DNA of 64,000 bases from an uncultured Chloroflexia bacterium (GCA_963762985.1 CAVXMK010000010.1:460909-524908); one strand, 5' to 3'; positions 18,903 through 29,879 are shown, counted from the stretch's first letter. The notes: generated by a model from the letters alone, not told the origin. Translations and numbers: made by a program.

Positions 18903-18937
18903 CGTGTCATGCTGAACAAAGCGAAGCATTTCGGCCC
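18903..18937. repeat. REP type 2 unit CGTGTCATGCTGAACAAAGCGAAGCATTTCGGCCC
   Basis: Internal hairpin ATGCT...AGCAT. Related copies are at 27937-27970 and 52352-52386, with an inverted pair at 57223-57313. Confidence 0.65.
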
Positions 18938-19027
18938 AAAGACAAGCCGGCTCGAGGACGACGAACTCCTCCGCCTCCGGCTCAAAGTGACGCCACGTTT
19001 TCTGCAGACTATCGAGGATTCACGCCC

Positions 19028-21481
19028 ATGAAAGTCCCCCTGCGCTGGCTCAACGAGTTCATCGACACCGGATTGTCGGTCAAGGAACTCACCCACCGCC
19101 TCACCATGGCCGGTCTGGAAGCGGAGAAGATCACCACCATCGGCGCCGAGTGGGCGAATATCTACGTCGGACACGTCGAGGCGGTCGAGCGCCACCCGGA
19201 CGCCGACCGGCTGGTGCTGGCCACCGTCGACGCGGGCGAACACCAGCCTCCGCGTCGTCACCGGCGCTCCCAATATCGCCCAGGACCAGATGGTGGCCCT
19301 TGCCCTGACTGGAGCGCGGCTCATCGATGGCCACAGCCGACGGTCAGGTCTACCGCACGCTCAAGCCAAGCTCGATCCGCGGCATCCGCTCGGAGGGAAT
19401 GGTTTGTTCAGAAAAGGAGCTCGGGCTCTCCGAGGAGCACGAGGGGATCATGATCCTCGAAGCGGACGCGCCGAAAGGCGCTCCGCTGGCCGAATGGCTC
19501 GGCGACACGGTCATCGAGTTCGAGATCACCCCGAACCTCGTCCACAACTTCTCGATCCTGGGCATCGCCCGCGAAGCCGGTGCACTCACGGATCGTCCGG
19601 TAACTCAGCCACCGATCTTCGATTTCGCCGAGGCTCCGGTCGGCCCACCCGACCTGGTCACGGTCGAGGCGACGCGACATCGCCCCGCGCTACGTCGGGG
19701 TGCTCATCGAAAGCATCACGGTCGGCCCATCGCCCGCGTGGGTGCAGCGCCGTCTCCTCGCCGCCGGGGTGCGTCCCATCAACAACATCGTCGACATCAC
19801 CAACTACGTGATGCTCGAGTACGGTCAACCACTCCACGCCTTCGACGCCGATAAGCTCGCGGGCGGCCGCATCGTGGTGCGCCGGGCCCGGCTGGGCGAA
19901 ACGCTGGAGACACTCGATCACCAAGAGCACCAGCTCGACGACCAGATGCTCGTCATCGCCGACACGAACAACCCGGTCGGGCTCGCCGGAGTCATCGGCG
20001 GCCTCGAAAGCGAAATCCACGACGGGACGACACGCATCATCCTGGAATCGGCGAACTTCGACATGAAGGTTACCCGCCGCACCGCCCGCGAGCTGAAGGT
20101 ACGCACCGACGCCTCGGCCCGCTTCGAGCGCGGTCTCGACCCCAACCTCTCCCGCGCCGCCGCGGCCCGGGCCACGCGGCTCATTCTGGAACTCTCCCCC
20201 GGCGCTACGGTCGCCGGGTTCATCGACGTCTACCCCAACCCTGTCACGCCGCGCGCACTGTCGCTGCCGTTCGGCGAGATCGAACGGTTGCTCGGCGTCC
20301 GCTACGAACCGGAGCAGGTGCTTGACGTTTTGCGCCGCCTCAGCTTCGCGCCAATTCTTGACGGCGTAGGGAAAGACGCGACCCTTGGCGTCACCGTGCC
20401 GACGTGGCGTGGAGACGTCACTCAGGCCGCCGACATCGTCGAGGAGGTCGCCCGCGTCATTGGCTACGACACGCTCCCCGAACGCCTCCCGACCGGGCAG
20501 ACCGCCCCGGTGCAGCGCGACCCGGACTACGCCATGCGGCGGGCGGTGCGCTCCGTCCTCACCGGCGCCGGGGCGTGGGAAACGGTCACCTACGTCACCG
20601 TCTCGGACAACGATTTGCGCCGCCTCGACCCAATCGGAGCCGAAACCATCGGCATTCATTCCGTCCCCTGGGACGCGCTGATCCGGCTCCGCAACCCGTT
20701 GCAGGCAGACCGCGACATCCTCCGCCCTACACTCCTGCCAAGTCTCCTCGCCATCGCCAGCGACAATCTCAAGCACGAGCGCGGCGTGCGCCTGTTCGAG
20801 ACCGCGCGGGTCTATCTTCCGTCAGACGAAGAGCTGCCACGCGAGGTCAACGTCTTGGCCGTCGTGCTAGCCGGTGAGCGTGCGCCCCTTGGCCGGTTCA
20901 CCGGAGAAGACCAGAGCCCGCTCGACTTTTTCGACCTGAAGGGGACGGTCGAGGCATTGCTGCAACGACTTGGCGTAATCAGGGCCTCATTCCAGCGGAT
21001 CGAATCGCCAGCGCTTCATCCAGGCCGGGCCGTTGGGCTCTTCGTCGACGAGCGACAAATCGGCATCCTGGGAGAACTGCGGCCAGACCGCGCCGAAGCA
21101 GTCGGGATCGACGTTCCGCGCGTGGTCGTGGCCGAGGTCGATCTGGACGCGCTCCAGGCCATCGCCAACCCGGTGCCACACGACGTCTCGGCGCCGCGCT
21201 TTCTGCCAGTCGAACAGGATTTCGCGATTGTCGTTGCCGAAGAAACCCCTGCCGGGGACGTCGAAGCGGCTCTGCTGGCGGGGGCGGGGCCGCTGGCCAC
21301 GGGGGTTGCGCTGTTCGACATCTACCGCGGCCCGCAGATCGGTGAGAACCGCAAGAGTCTCGCCTATCGCGTCACCTTCACCGCGCCGGACCGGGCCTTG
21401 ACCGACGCCGAGTTGGGCAAGGTTCGCGACCGCATCGCGCGTACGCTGCGCCAGCGCGTGCAGGGCGAACTCCGCACCTAG
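19028..21481 (+). pseudogene. pheT: Phenylalanine--tRNA ligase beta subunit, three +1 frameshifts as sequenced (~19247, ~19338, ~19672)
   Basis: MKVPLRWLNEFIDTGLSVKELTHRLTMAGLEAE...DAGEHQ (frame of ORF 18476), then LRVVTGAPNIAQDQMVALALTGARLIDGHS (ORF 19290), then DGQVYRTLKPSSIRGIRSEGMVCSEKELGLS...LVTVEA (ORF 19327), then [28 protein letters not shown]... to the end (ORF 19700). Confidence 0.9.
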
Positions 21482-21497
21482 AATCGAGGGCACAGCC

Positions 21498-22866
21498 ATG
21501 ACCATGCAGTCCGAAACCGCGGCGATGCCCCGGCTCATCCGCGACCCCGAGGAAGCCCACCGCGAAACTCACGCGCCGCCGTGGCTTCGAGGAGACCGAC
21601 CTCTCACCGCGGATGCGAGAAGGCATCCGCCGCGTATTCGGCGCCGACCTGACCGCCGAACAGGTGGTCGACCGCATCCTGACTGATGTCCGGGAGGAAG
21701 GCGACGCCGCCGTTCTGCGCTATTCCGCCGCACTCGATGGCAAAACGGACGGCCACTTCGAGGTGCCACGTTCTGCGTGGGAAAAGGCTCTCGCCGGACT
21801 CGGTCCCGAACTCCAGGACGCGCTGCGGCTTGCCGCGGAGCAGATCGTCGCGTTCCACCGCAAGCAACTGCGCACGTCCTGGGTCGACTACAGCGACGAG
21901 GGTGCGCTGGGGCAGATTCTGCGCCCGCTCGACCGCGTCGGGGTGTACGCTCCGGGTGGGACCGCGGTCTATCCCTCCTCCTTGCTGATGACTGCCATCC
22001 CGGCGCGGGTCGCCGGGGTGCCGGAGATCATCGTCTGCACGCCAGGCGGACACGACGGTGAAGTGTCGCCGCTGGTGCTGGCCGCTGCCGAGGTCGCGGG
22101 CGTCGATCGCGTCTTCCGCATCGGCGGCGCTCAGGCGATCGCGGCGATGGCCTTCGGCACCGAAAGTGTGCCCCACGTCGACAAGATCTACGGCCCCGGC
22201 AACATCTTCGTCGTCCTCGCCAAGCAGCGGGTGTTCGGCATCGTCGACATCGACCAGCTCCCTGGCCCTACCGAAACCCTCCTCGTCGCCGACTCCTCGG
22301 CCGATCCGGAACTGGTCGCCGCCGATCTGCTGGCCCAGGCCGAGCACGACCCGATGGCCAGCGCCATCTTGATCACCACTAGCCCGGCGCTGGCCGACGC
22401 GGTGCTTGAAGAGTTACCGCGCCAACTCGCCACCCTGGAACGCGCCGACATTGCCGGGCAGTCCCTGTCCGCCAACGGTTTGGTGGTGCTCGCTCCCGAC
22501 GTTGAAACGGCCATCGACCTGGCGAACCGCTATGCCCCGGAACACCTCTGCCTGCTCCTGCACGATCCCTGGTCGTACGTGCCCCTGGTGCGCCACGCCG
22601 GCGGCATCTTCGTGGGCGAGGACAGCCCGGAAGCACTCGGCGATTACACCGCCGGCCCCAGCCACGTCATGCCCACCGGGGGAACGGCCCGCTTCTCCTC
22701 CCCCATCAACGTCGCCGAGTTCACCAAGGTCATCAGCGTCATCGCCGCCAATCGGCACGCCGTGCGCCGCCTCGGCCCAGCGACCTCAGCTCTGGCTAGG
22801 GCAGAGGGTCTCACCGGGCACGCGCGGGCCATCGAGCGACGACTGGAGCGGCTGGATCGGGACTGA
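21498..22866 (+). pseudogene. hisD: Histidinol dehydrogenase, +1 frameshift near 21567 in the N-terminal region
   Basis: ORF 21613-22866 is a full HisD core (GVYAPGGTAVYPSSLLM, QAEHDP, GDYTAGPSHVMPTGGTARF). ORF 21498 gives MTMQSETAAMPRLIRDPEEAHRE, and the next frame continues LTRRRGFEETDLSPRMREGIRRVF into the core. Confidence 0.85.
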
Positions 22867-22892
22867 GCGGAGATTCGGACGTCAGCTTGGGT

Positions 22893-23001
22893 GTAGGGGC
22901 GCAGCAAGCAGCGCCCCGTCGGCCGCAGGCCGACAACATGCACCCGGTAACCCCGGGTTGTGGCCCTCCGGGCCACCGGGCGAAGCAAGCATCGCCCCTA
23001 C
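22893..23001. repeat. Palindromic REP type 3 between convergent hisD and ruvA (GTAGGGGCGCAGCAAGCAGCGCCCC ... GGGCGAAGCAAGCATCGCCCCTAC)
   Basis: Outer arms GTAGGGGCG/CGCCCCTAC pair with each other. There are internal hairpins GGGGCGC-N8-GCGCCCC and CCCGGGTTGTGGCCCTCCGGGCCACCGGG. Probable bidirectional terminator. Confidence 0.6.
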
Positions 23002-23031
23002 GGATCGCGGCAGACTTCCCCGGCGCTCCAA

Positions 23032-23613
23032 CTACGTCTCCGCCAATTCCCGCAACGCCGCCACGACCCGATCCTCCACCGTAAGTTCCGGATCGCGCGG
23101 CACCCGCACCAGCGCCCCGTGCGCCTCCGCGGTCGTGTAACCCAACGCCCGCAGCGCTTCGACCACCTCGGCGTCCTCGCGGGAAGGCACGCTCGGCGGC
23201 CCCCCGCTGGAAGGGACGATCTTGCCGCGCAGCTCGAGGATCAGGCGCCCGGCCGTCTTGCGGCCCACACCGGGGACCGTCGCCAGAAGTTCGGCGTTCT
23301 CACCGTTGATCGCCAATTCGAGCGCCTCGGGGCGCACGCGGGAGAGAATCGAGAGCGCCAGCTTTGGTCCAACGCCGGAAACGCCGATCAGCGTTTCAAA
23401 CAGGCGCAATTCGTCTGGTGACGCAAAACCGTAGAGCGTGAGCTGATCCTCGCGGACGTAGAGCAAGGTGAAGAGCCGGACATCCTCCCCGGCGTCCCCG
23501 ATGTCCTCGAGGGTGGCCAGCGAAGTGTTGACGCGGTAAATCACCCCGCCGACATCCACCAGCGCCGCATCTGGCAACTTGCGTTCGATGCGCCCCTTGA
23601 GTCCAGCAATCAT
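23032..23613 (-). CDS. ruvA: Holliday junction branch migration complex subunit RuvA
   Basis: 193 aa: MIAGLKGRI...YVREDQLTLYGF...LIGVSGVGPKLALSIL...LLATVPGVGRKTAGRLILEL. Confidence 0.9.
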   Translation of the reverse strand: MIAGLKGRIERKLPDAALVDVGGVIYRVNTSLATLEDIGDAGEDVRLFTLLYVREDQLTLYGFASPDELRLFETLIGVSGVGPKLALSILSRVRPEALELAINGENAELLATVPGVGRKTAGRLILELRGKIVPSSGGPPSVPSREDAEVVEALRALGYTTAEAHGALVRVPRDPELTVEDRVVAALRELAET

Positions 23614-24530
23614 CCACGCGTCCCCATCAATCCAAAACCAGTGCCAGTATCACCCAACCGGTAAACGCGGCTCGCGTTGCCTCCCATCACGCGCTCGACC
23701 TCTTCGGGGAGGAGTCCCGCCAGCCGATGGGTTCGCCGCAGAAATCTGCCCATGCCAAGCACCGGGTGATCGCTGCCCCACAGGACGCGGTCGGCGCCGA
23801 CGATATCGAGAACCGTGCGGAAGATGCTCGGCCCATACAGGTATGAGGAAGCGGCAGTATCATAGACCACGTTGCCGCACAGCGCGCCGACCTCGGGCAT
23901 CAACTCGTAAAACGGGAGACCGCCGCCCCAATGCGCCAGCACCACGGAGAGCGCCGGCTGCATCTCGAGAAACGAGACGAGGCGATCCGGTGTCGCCGTG
24001 CCCTTCCCCGGATACCGGTGACCAACCGGTTCGGAGGCATGCAGGAGCAATGGAAGACCCGCCGCGGTCAGGATCGCGGCGACATCCGCAAGAGCGCCGG
24101 GAGCAGCAACATCGAATCCCTGCGCGTCCGCGTTCAACTCGCCGATCCCGGAGGCGCCCAATGCTAGGCAGCGCTCCGTTTCGGCCCCGGCACCCGGGAA
24201 CGCCGGGCCGACGCACCCGAGCCAGGCCAACCGTCCCTGACTTGCCCGTGAGACCTCGGCCAGATAGTCGTTGTGCTCGCGGCAGAGGCCCGGGTCCGCC
24301 CACGGCCAGCCGCAGGCCACAGCTTGCGCCACCCCGGCCTCGTCCATGGCCAAAATCAGATTGCCCGCATCGCTCATCCGCGCCGATGGCGCCTCGTACA
24401 GCTCACCGAACCAGCGATCGCGCTGGCAATGGTTGACACGGTCGGCCACCCACTCTGGCGGGAAGGCGTGCGTGTGCGCGTCGATAACCACCGGCGGCTC
24501 GATAATCACTGGCGGCACGGAGCCCGCCAT
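23610..24530 (-). CDS. Metal-dependent amidohydrolase (TIM-barrel, amidohydrolase_2-like)
   Basis: VIDAHTHAFP, LLLHASEP, VLAHWGGG and LWGSDHP motifs. I chose the ATG at 24530 (MAGSVPPV) because the upstream part of track ORF 23610-24710 overlaps the PP2C gene. Confidence 0.75.
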   Translation of the reverse strand: MAGSVPPVIIEPPVVIDAHTHAFPPEWVADRVNHCQRDRWFGELYEAPSARMSDAGNLILAMDEAGVAQAVACGWPWADPGLCREHNDYLAEVSRASQGRLAWLGCVGPAFPGAGAETERCLALGASGIGELNADAQGFDVAAPGALADVAAILTAAGLPLLLHASEPVGHRYPGKGTATPDRLVSFLEMQPALSVVLAHWGGGLPFYELMPEVGALCGNVVYDTAASSYLYGPSIFRTVLDIVGADRVLWGSDHPVLGMGRFLRRTHRLAGLLPEEVERVMGGNASRVYRLGDTGTGFGLMGTRG

Positions 24531-24534
24531 CACG

Positions 24535-25470
24535 TTACCGTGGTGTGCCCAGGACAAAGAGGGCAAGGACGAGGAGGATGATGAGCAGGACCGCCACCAC
24601 CGCGGCGATGGCGATACCGGGAACCCCGCCCGTGCGCGCCTCCGGGCTCGGCACGGCACCGGCGACCGGAATCCGCGTCGGAATCGCCGCGGCGACGACG
24701 GCACTGGCATTGTCGCGAGTGCCGCGCTCCTTGGCGAGCGCCACCAGCATCTGTGCGGCGGCCCCGGGTTCCTGCCCGCTCAACGCGCGTCGCAAATCGG
24801 GATCGTCGAGAACCTCGTACAACCCGTCGCTGCACAGCATCAGCCGATCGTCAGGCAGGAGCGTCAACTCGAAGATACTCGGCAAACTCCGGTCGAGCCT
24901 CGCGTTCGTACCGATGGCGTGGGTCAGCATGTTGCGGCGGGGATCGATCCTGGCGGCGTCAGCGCTGAGGCGACCCTGCGCCACCTCGTCGGAGACGACC
25001 GTGTGATCGCGAGTGACCTGGGTGATGCCGTCTCCGCGCAGCAGATAGGCCCGGCTGTCCCCGACGTGCGCGACCGTCGCGTACTTGCCATGCAGCAGTG
25101 CCGAGGTCAGGGTCGTGCCCATGCCGGCGTGGGTCGGTTCGGCCTCGCCCGCGGCGAAGATGGCGTCGTTCGCCTGGCGATACGCCTGCGTCAGCGCCTG
25201 ACCCAGGTCGCCGTTCGGCAGCGCCGGGAAGGCGTCCGTCAGCGTATCGAGTGCAATACGGCTGGCCACGTCTCCGGCGGGATGACCTCCCATGCCGTCG
25301 GCGACCACCAGCAGGAAATCCTGAGCGTTGGCATCACCCGCTCCGCTGCCAAGCACCAGCGCGGCGGCGATGTCCTGGTTTTCCTCGCGGCCAGCCGCGT
25401 CGGTCACTGCGGCGACGGCGAGCTCCAGCGTCTCGGCCGGTGTGTCAATTGCCTTTTGCGCCACAATCAC
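24535..25470 (-). CDS. PP2C-family Ser/Thr phosphatase with a C-terminal membrane anchor
   Basis: VADGMGGHPAG, GMGTTLT, HVGDSRAYL, LCSDGL and GTRDNASAVV motifs. The C-terminal hydrophobic segment is GIAIAAVVAVLLIILLVLALFVLG. Confidence 0.85.
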   Translation of the reverse strand: MIVAQKAIDTPAETLELAVAAVTDAAGREENQDIAAALVLGSGAGDANAQDFLLVVADGMGGHPAGDVASRIALDTLTDAFPALPNGDLGQALTQAYRQANDAIFAAGEAEPTHAGMGTTLTSALLHGKYATVAHVGDSRAYLLRGDGITQVTRDHTVVSDEVAQGRLSADAARIDPRRNMLTHAIGTNARLDRSLPSIFELTLLPDDRLMLCSDGLYEVLDDPDLRRALSGQEPGAAAQMLVALAKERGTRDNASAVVAAAIPTRIPVAGAVPSPEARTGGVPGIAIAAVVAVLLIILLVLALFVLGTPR

Positions 25471-25634
25471 GGTGCCCTGGTTCCCTCCTGGTCACGCAAC
25501 TCGGCCCGATGGTAGCACGCCCTTCCGTCGCCTCCGCCGCTCGTCCATCGAGTTGCGAATCTCCGGTGCTAGACTCGGGCCACGGCCGCCCTGGGCTTGA
25601 ACGCGCCGCCAATCGAAGCCGCCGAGGAGACCTG

Positions 25635-26375
25635 TTGCCGCTGCCCCGACGCCGATTTCTGATGCTCGTTGGCGCCGTGTGCACCGTGGCGGCCGTTGGG
25701 TGCGGTCCGGGTCAGGAAGACGCGCCCAGCGCAACGCCAGTGCCAACGCCCACGGCCAAGGCGCTGCTCGAGCTGGCGAGCCGCCGCCTGGCCGAGACCC
25801 CGACCGTCCATTTTGTCCTGGATGTCGAGGGCCAGACATTTATTGACACGGCGCGCACGATACGCGTCCTCGGCGCCGAAGGGGACCTGCGGCGTCCAGA
25901 CCGGGTCCGCACCACCTTTCAGGCGGAAATCATGGACCGCGCCATCACACTGCAATTGATCACCATCGGCGAGGAGTCCTGGACCACGAACATCCTTACC
26001 GGCGAATGGGGCCGGGCTCCGCTGGAGTTCGCGTACCAACCGGATGTGCTCTTTTCGACGCAAGACGGCATCGGCCCGGTCATGGGCAGGGTGCAGGACG
26101 TGGAGCGGTTGGCAGACGAGGACATCGCCGGGCGCCCAACCGCCCACCTGCGAGCGACCGTCGACGAGGAGACCGTCGGCCCCTTCACCTACTACACCAT
26201 CACCGGATCCCCGGTGACCGTCGACCTCTGGATCGATCTGGCCACGTACGATCTGCTCCGGGCACAACTGTCTGAGCCGCCCGGTGAAGAACGTCCCAAC
26301 CCGGCCGTCTGGACGCTCGACCTTTCGCATCATGGTGAAGACATCACCATCGAGCCGCCGCCCGAAGCGGCGTAA
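25635..26375 (+). CDS. LppX/LprAFG-family lipoprotein (LprG-like)
   Basis: A TTG start behind GAGGAG gives (M)PLPRRRFLMLVGAVCTVAAVGC, a lipobox signal. The mature part resembles LprG-type lipid-binding lipoproteins (HFVLDVEG...LQLITIGEESW...VTVDLWID). The upstream part of track ORF 25098 is antisense to PP2C. Confidence 0.7.
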   Translation: MPLPRRRFLMLVGAVCTVAAVGCGPGQEDAPSATPVPTPTAKALLELASRRLAETPTVHFVLDVEGQTFIDTARTIRVLGAEGDLRRPDRVRTTFQAEIMDRAITLQLITIGEESWTTNILTGEWGRAPLEFAYQPDVLFSTQDGIGPVMGRVQDVERLADEDIAGRPTAHLRATVDEETVGPFTYYTITGSPVTVDLWIDLATYDLLRAQLSEPPGEERPNPAVWTLDLSHHGEDITIEPPPEAA

Positions 26376-26387
26376 TCCAGGGCAACC

Positions 26388-27929
26388 ATGACCGCGTCCT
26401 CTCGCCGCGCGTTGAGCGCCGCACTACTCGCGGTCTTCCTCGGCGCGCTCGATCTCACCGTCATTGCCACGATCCTGCCCGGTATGGTCACTGACCTGCG
26501 CATCAACGCCGCCGACGTCGACCGCTACGTCTGGATCGTCAACAGCTACCTCCTCGCTTACATCGTCGCCATTCCCGTCGTGGGGCGCATCTCGGACCTC
26601 CTGGGACGGACTCTGGCCTTTCAGGGGTCGCTGGTCCTCTTCGTCCTTGGCTCGGCGATCTGCGCCGTCGCGGGCGACCTGGCCGTCATGGTGGCCGGTC
26701 GCGCGATCCAGGGCGCCGGCGGCGGCGCGCTATTGCCAGTGACGATGGCTTTGGTCGGGGACGTGTTGCCACCGGGACGCCGCGCTGCGGCGCTAGGTCT
26801 CGTCGGCGCCATCGATACGCTCGGTTGGGTCATGGGGCCGCTTTGGGGAGCGCTCCTGGTCGAGCTTGGCCCGGGGGAGGAACCGTGGCGATGGGTATTC
26901 ATCGTCAACATTCCACTCGCTATCCTCGCGGCGGTCGTCATCGGTCGCGTGGGCGCCGCCAAACAGCCAACGGATCGGGAGTGGGTTCGCCAGTTGGACA
27001 TTCCCGGCGCCCTGCTGCTGGCCGGAGCGCTCCTCTCATTGAACCTCGGACTTTCCGCGGGGGGCGAACTCGGTGCGCCAACCGGCGGGGCGCGGGCTCT
27101 GGGCGGTTCACGGAATCCGTTCGCCGATCTTGTCGTGCCGTTGGTGGTCCTGTCGGCTATCCTTGGCACGGCGGCCATCTGGCGGCAGTTCCGCGCTCCG
27201 TGGCCCCTCCTCCCGGTGCGTTTGTTTCGCAACCGCCAGTTCACGGCGGCCATTGCGGCGAATTTTCTGGTCGGCGCCTCGCTCATCGTCGCCATGGTGG
27301 ACGTCCCCGTCGTGACTTCGCTGCTGGTGGAGTCCGAGGCGGTGAGCCGCATCTCGGCGCTAATGCTGGCGCCGTTCACCTTGCTGATCGCCGCGCTGTC
27401 GTTCGCGGGTGGTCGTGTATCGCATCGGCTCGGATTTCGGCTAACGGCCTCGCTCGGTCTGGTCCTGGTCGCCGTCGGATACGGCGCCTTGTGGCTCGGC
27501 CTGCGCGGAGAAGCGTTGGCCGGCATGGTTCCAGGGCTGATCGTGGCCGGCGCGGGATTCGGCCTCGTGTTCGCACCGATCGGCGCTACCGCGATCGAGG
27601 CCGCACCCGAGGCCGATCGAGGTGTCGCGGCCGCGATGACCCTGGTTTTTCGGCTACTAGGGATGACCATCGGGATTTCAGCGCTGACCGCCATCGCCGT
27701 GCGCCGCCTGCAAGGTCTCGTCGGCAATATGGAGCAGATCAAGCAGTTGCCAGGCGAAACGACGGCCGAGTTTCTGGCGCGACAGACCATCCTTCTGTAC
27801 GAGATCGTGCTCCCCACCAGTCTCCAGGTGGTGCGCGAGACGTTCCTGTTGGCCGGAGGGATCGCTCTCGTTGGATTGGTTCCCATCGCTGCCTTTGCGA
27901 CGAGGGGCGCCCGTCAAAACATGGCCTGA
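26388..27929 (+). CDS. MFS transporter, 14-TMS DHA2-like (P55/Rv1410c-like position)
   Basis: 513 aa with LDLTVIATILP, GRISDLLGRT and RAIQGAGGGALLP motifs. It starts 12 nt after the lipoprotein gene. Confidence 0.85.
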   Translation: MTASSRRALSAALLAVFLGALDLTVIATILPGMVTDLRINAADVDRYVWIVNSYLLAYIVAIPVVGRISDLLGRTLAFQGSLVLFVLGSAICAVAGDLAVMVAGRAIQGAGGGALLPVTMALVGDVLPPGRRAAALGLVGAIDTLGWVMGPLWGALLVELGPGEEPWRWVFIVNIPLAILAAVVIGRVGAAKQPTDREWVRQLDIPGALLLAGALLSLNLGLSAGGELGAPTGGARALGGSRNPFADLVVPLVVLSAILGTAAIWRQFRAPWPLLPVRLFRNRQFTAAIAANFLVGASLIVAMVDVPVVTSLLVESEAVSRISALMLAPFTLLIAALSFAGGRVSHRLGFRLTASLGLVLVAVGYGALWLGLRGEALAGMVPGLIVAGAGFGLVFAPIGATAIEAAPEADRGVAAAMTLVFRLLGMTIGISALTAIAVRRLQGLVGNMEQIKQLPGETTAEFLARQTILLYEIVLPTSLQVVRETFLLAGGIALVGLVPIAAFATRGARQNMA

Positions 27930-27936
27930 CGAAGGA

Positions 27937-27970
27937 TGTGTCATGATGTAGGCGGAGCCGAAGCATCCCG
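27937..27970. repeat. REP type 2 variant GTGTCATGATGTAGGCGGAGCCGAAGCATCCCGG
   Basis: It shares GTGTCATG...GAAGCAT..CGG with 18903-18937 and 52352-52386. Confidence 0.5.
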
Positions 27971-28037
27971 GACCTCTCAAAATGGTGCGACCTGGAGCCG
28001 AGAGGCTTCACTATGACACCAGCATTGCGCGTCGCGA

Positions 28038-29513
28038 ATGGCGGAGGAGCAGATGCCGCGATCGGTCGTTCTGGGGGTGGACTCGAGCACGCAATCGACC
28101 AAAGTCATCGCCGTCGACGTCGAGTCCGGCGAGGTCGTGGGCGAGGGTCGCGCTCCGCACAGCGGCCACGACATCCAGCATCCCACCGAGTGGTGGGATG
28201 CCCTCGTCATGGCCACGAGAGCCGCGGTCGATCCCGGCATGCGCGTAGAGGTCATCAGCGTCGGCGGTCAGCAACATGGCATGGTCACCCTCGACGCCGC
28301 GGGCAAAGTCGTTCGCCCCGCACCACTCTGGAACAACGTGGCAGCCGCCCCTGACGCCGATCGTCTCAATGGCAAAGCCGACTTCGCGGCCGAGATCGGT
28401 TCCCGGCTGGTAGCCTCCTTCACCATCGCCAAACTCGCGCACCTCGCCCGCACAGCACCGCAAGACCTGGCCCGAACCGACGCCGTCTGCCTGCCGCACG
28501 ACTGGCTGAACTTCCGGCTTACTGGCAACCTGGTCACCGACCGGGGCGAAGCCTCCGGATCCGGCTGGTGGTCGCCGCGCGACGGTCGCGATCGGCGCGA
28601 TCTGCTGGCGCTGGCGATCGGCAAAGACCACGCCCGGCGCCTGCGGCTTCCGGAAGTCCGCGGCCCCGTGGAGACCGCGGGAACCCTGCTCCCCGAGGCC
28701 GCGCGGGCCCTCGGCCTGGAACCTGGCATCTTCGTTGGCCCCGGTACCGGAGATAACATGGCCGCCGCGCTCGGGGTCGGCGCCGCGCCCGGTGAGCTCG
28801 TCATCAGTCTGGGCACCAGCGGCACCGCATTCGCCGTGTCGTCGCATCCAACAGCGGACGAATCCGGTGAAATCGAAGGATTTGCGGACGCCACCGGTCG
28901 CTTCCTGCCCCTGGTCTGCATGCTCAACTGCACCCGCGTCGTCGATACGGTCGCTGCCATGGTCGGACTCGCTCGCCACGAGGCGCTGGATCGCGCGGCA
29001 CACACGCCTCCTGGCGCCAACGGCGTGCTGCTGATGCCATACCTCGCCGGTGAGCGCACCCCGAATCTGCCCGAGGCGACTGGCTCGTTGACCGGTCTGA
29101 CCGCCGAAACCGCGACACCCGATCTGGTGGTTCGCGCCGCGCTGGATGGGGTCGCCGCTGGCCTCGCTTACGCCGTGGATGTGCTGGCGACCGTCGGCAT
29201 TGCGGCTCCGGACGTGACACTCGTCGGCGGCGGCAGCCAACACCCCGCGTGGCGTCAGGCCATCGCCGACGCCACCGGTCTTCCGGTCATCGTACGCGGC
29301 GTCGGAGAGCACGCCGCGCGCGGCGCCGCTCTTCAAGCAATGGCCATCGCTCACGGCGATGCTATCGACGAAGTCGTGGCGCGGTGGAGACCGGAGGTAG
29401 TCGCGCGGATCGAGCCAAGACCCGAGCATCGCAAAGCATTCCGGCTAGACGAGCGCCGCCATTTGATCGAGGAGATGAAGGCGATATCACAAGCACAGGT
29501 GCAGTGTCGCTAA
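28038..29513 (+). CDS. xylB: FGGY-family carbohydrate kinase, xylulokinase-like
   Basis: VLGVDSSTQSTKVIAVD, GGQQHGMV, PLWNN, GTGDNMAAALG and PYLAGERTP motifs. 491 aa. Confidence 0.8.
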   Translation: MAEEQMPRSVVLGVDSSTQSTKVIAVDVESGEVVGEGRAPHSGHDIQHPTEWWDALVMATRAAVDPGMRVEVISVGGQQHGMVTLDAAGKVVRPAPLWNNVAAAPDADRLNGKADFAAEIGSRLVASFTIAKLAHLARTAPQDLARTDAVCLPHDWLNFRLTGNLVTDRGEASGSGWWSPRDGRDRRDLLALAIGKDHARRLRLPEVRGPVETAGTLLPEAARALGLEPGIFVGPGTGDNMAAALGVGAAPGELVISLGTSGTAFAVSSHPTADESGEIEGFADATGRFLPLVCMLNCTRVVDTVAAMVGLARHEALDRAAHTPPGANGVLLMPYLAGERTPNLPEATGSLTGLTAETATPDLVVRAALDGVAAGLAYAVDVLATVGIAAPDVTLVGGGSQHPAWRQAIADATGLPVIVRGVGEHAARGAALQAMAIAHGDAIDEVVARWRPEVVARIEPRPEHRKAFRLDERRHLIEEMKAISQAQVQCR

Positions 29514-29596
29514 CGCCGCGGTCCCGGTCACCACTCGTGCAAAGTCCTCCACGCCCATCGCACTTCGACAGCGAGAGGCATTGGGCGCTCGGAGCT

Positions 29597-29850
29597 GCCC
29601 CTCTCCCCGCGCACGGGCTGACAGGCGGAGGTAACGCCTGGAAGCGGCCCGTTTCGGCAGCGAAAGCCCCTCTCCCATCGCAATCTGACAAGGGGAGGTA
29701 TTCCCGGATGAAGCACGATTTCGGGGTCACGAGCCCCTCTCCCATCGCAATGGGAGAGGGGTTGGGGTGAGGGTCGGTCGCCGGCACCACGTCACATTCC
29801 TTCTCCCCGCGCACGAGGCTGGGTGCCCTCTGGGCGGTCGGGGTGAGGGG
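29597..29850. repeat. Cluster of four REP type 1 units (CCCCTCTCCC boxes)
   Basis: Units are at 29597-29633, 29665-29700, 29732-29774 (CCCCTCTCCCATCGCAATGGGAGAGGGGTTGGGGTGAGGGT) and 29799-29850. The cluster lies between convergent FGGY kinase genes. Confidence 0.75.
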
Positions 29851-29879
29851 TGGCCGCGGCGACGAGTCGATCCGGACTC

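Noticed and set aside
17502-18929. 475-aa minus-strand ORF
   Set aside because: It is antisense to the T-box leader and pheS.
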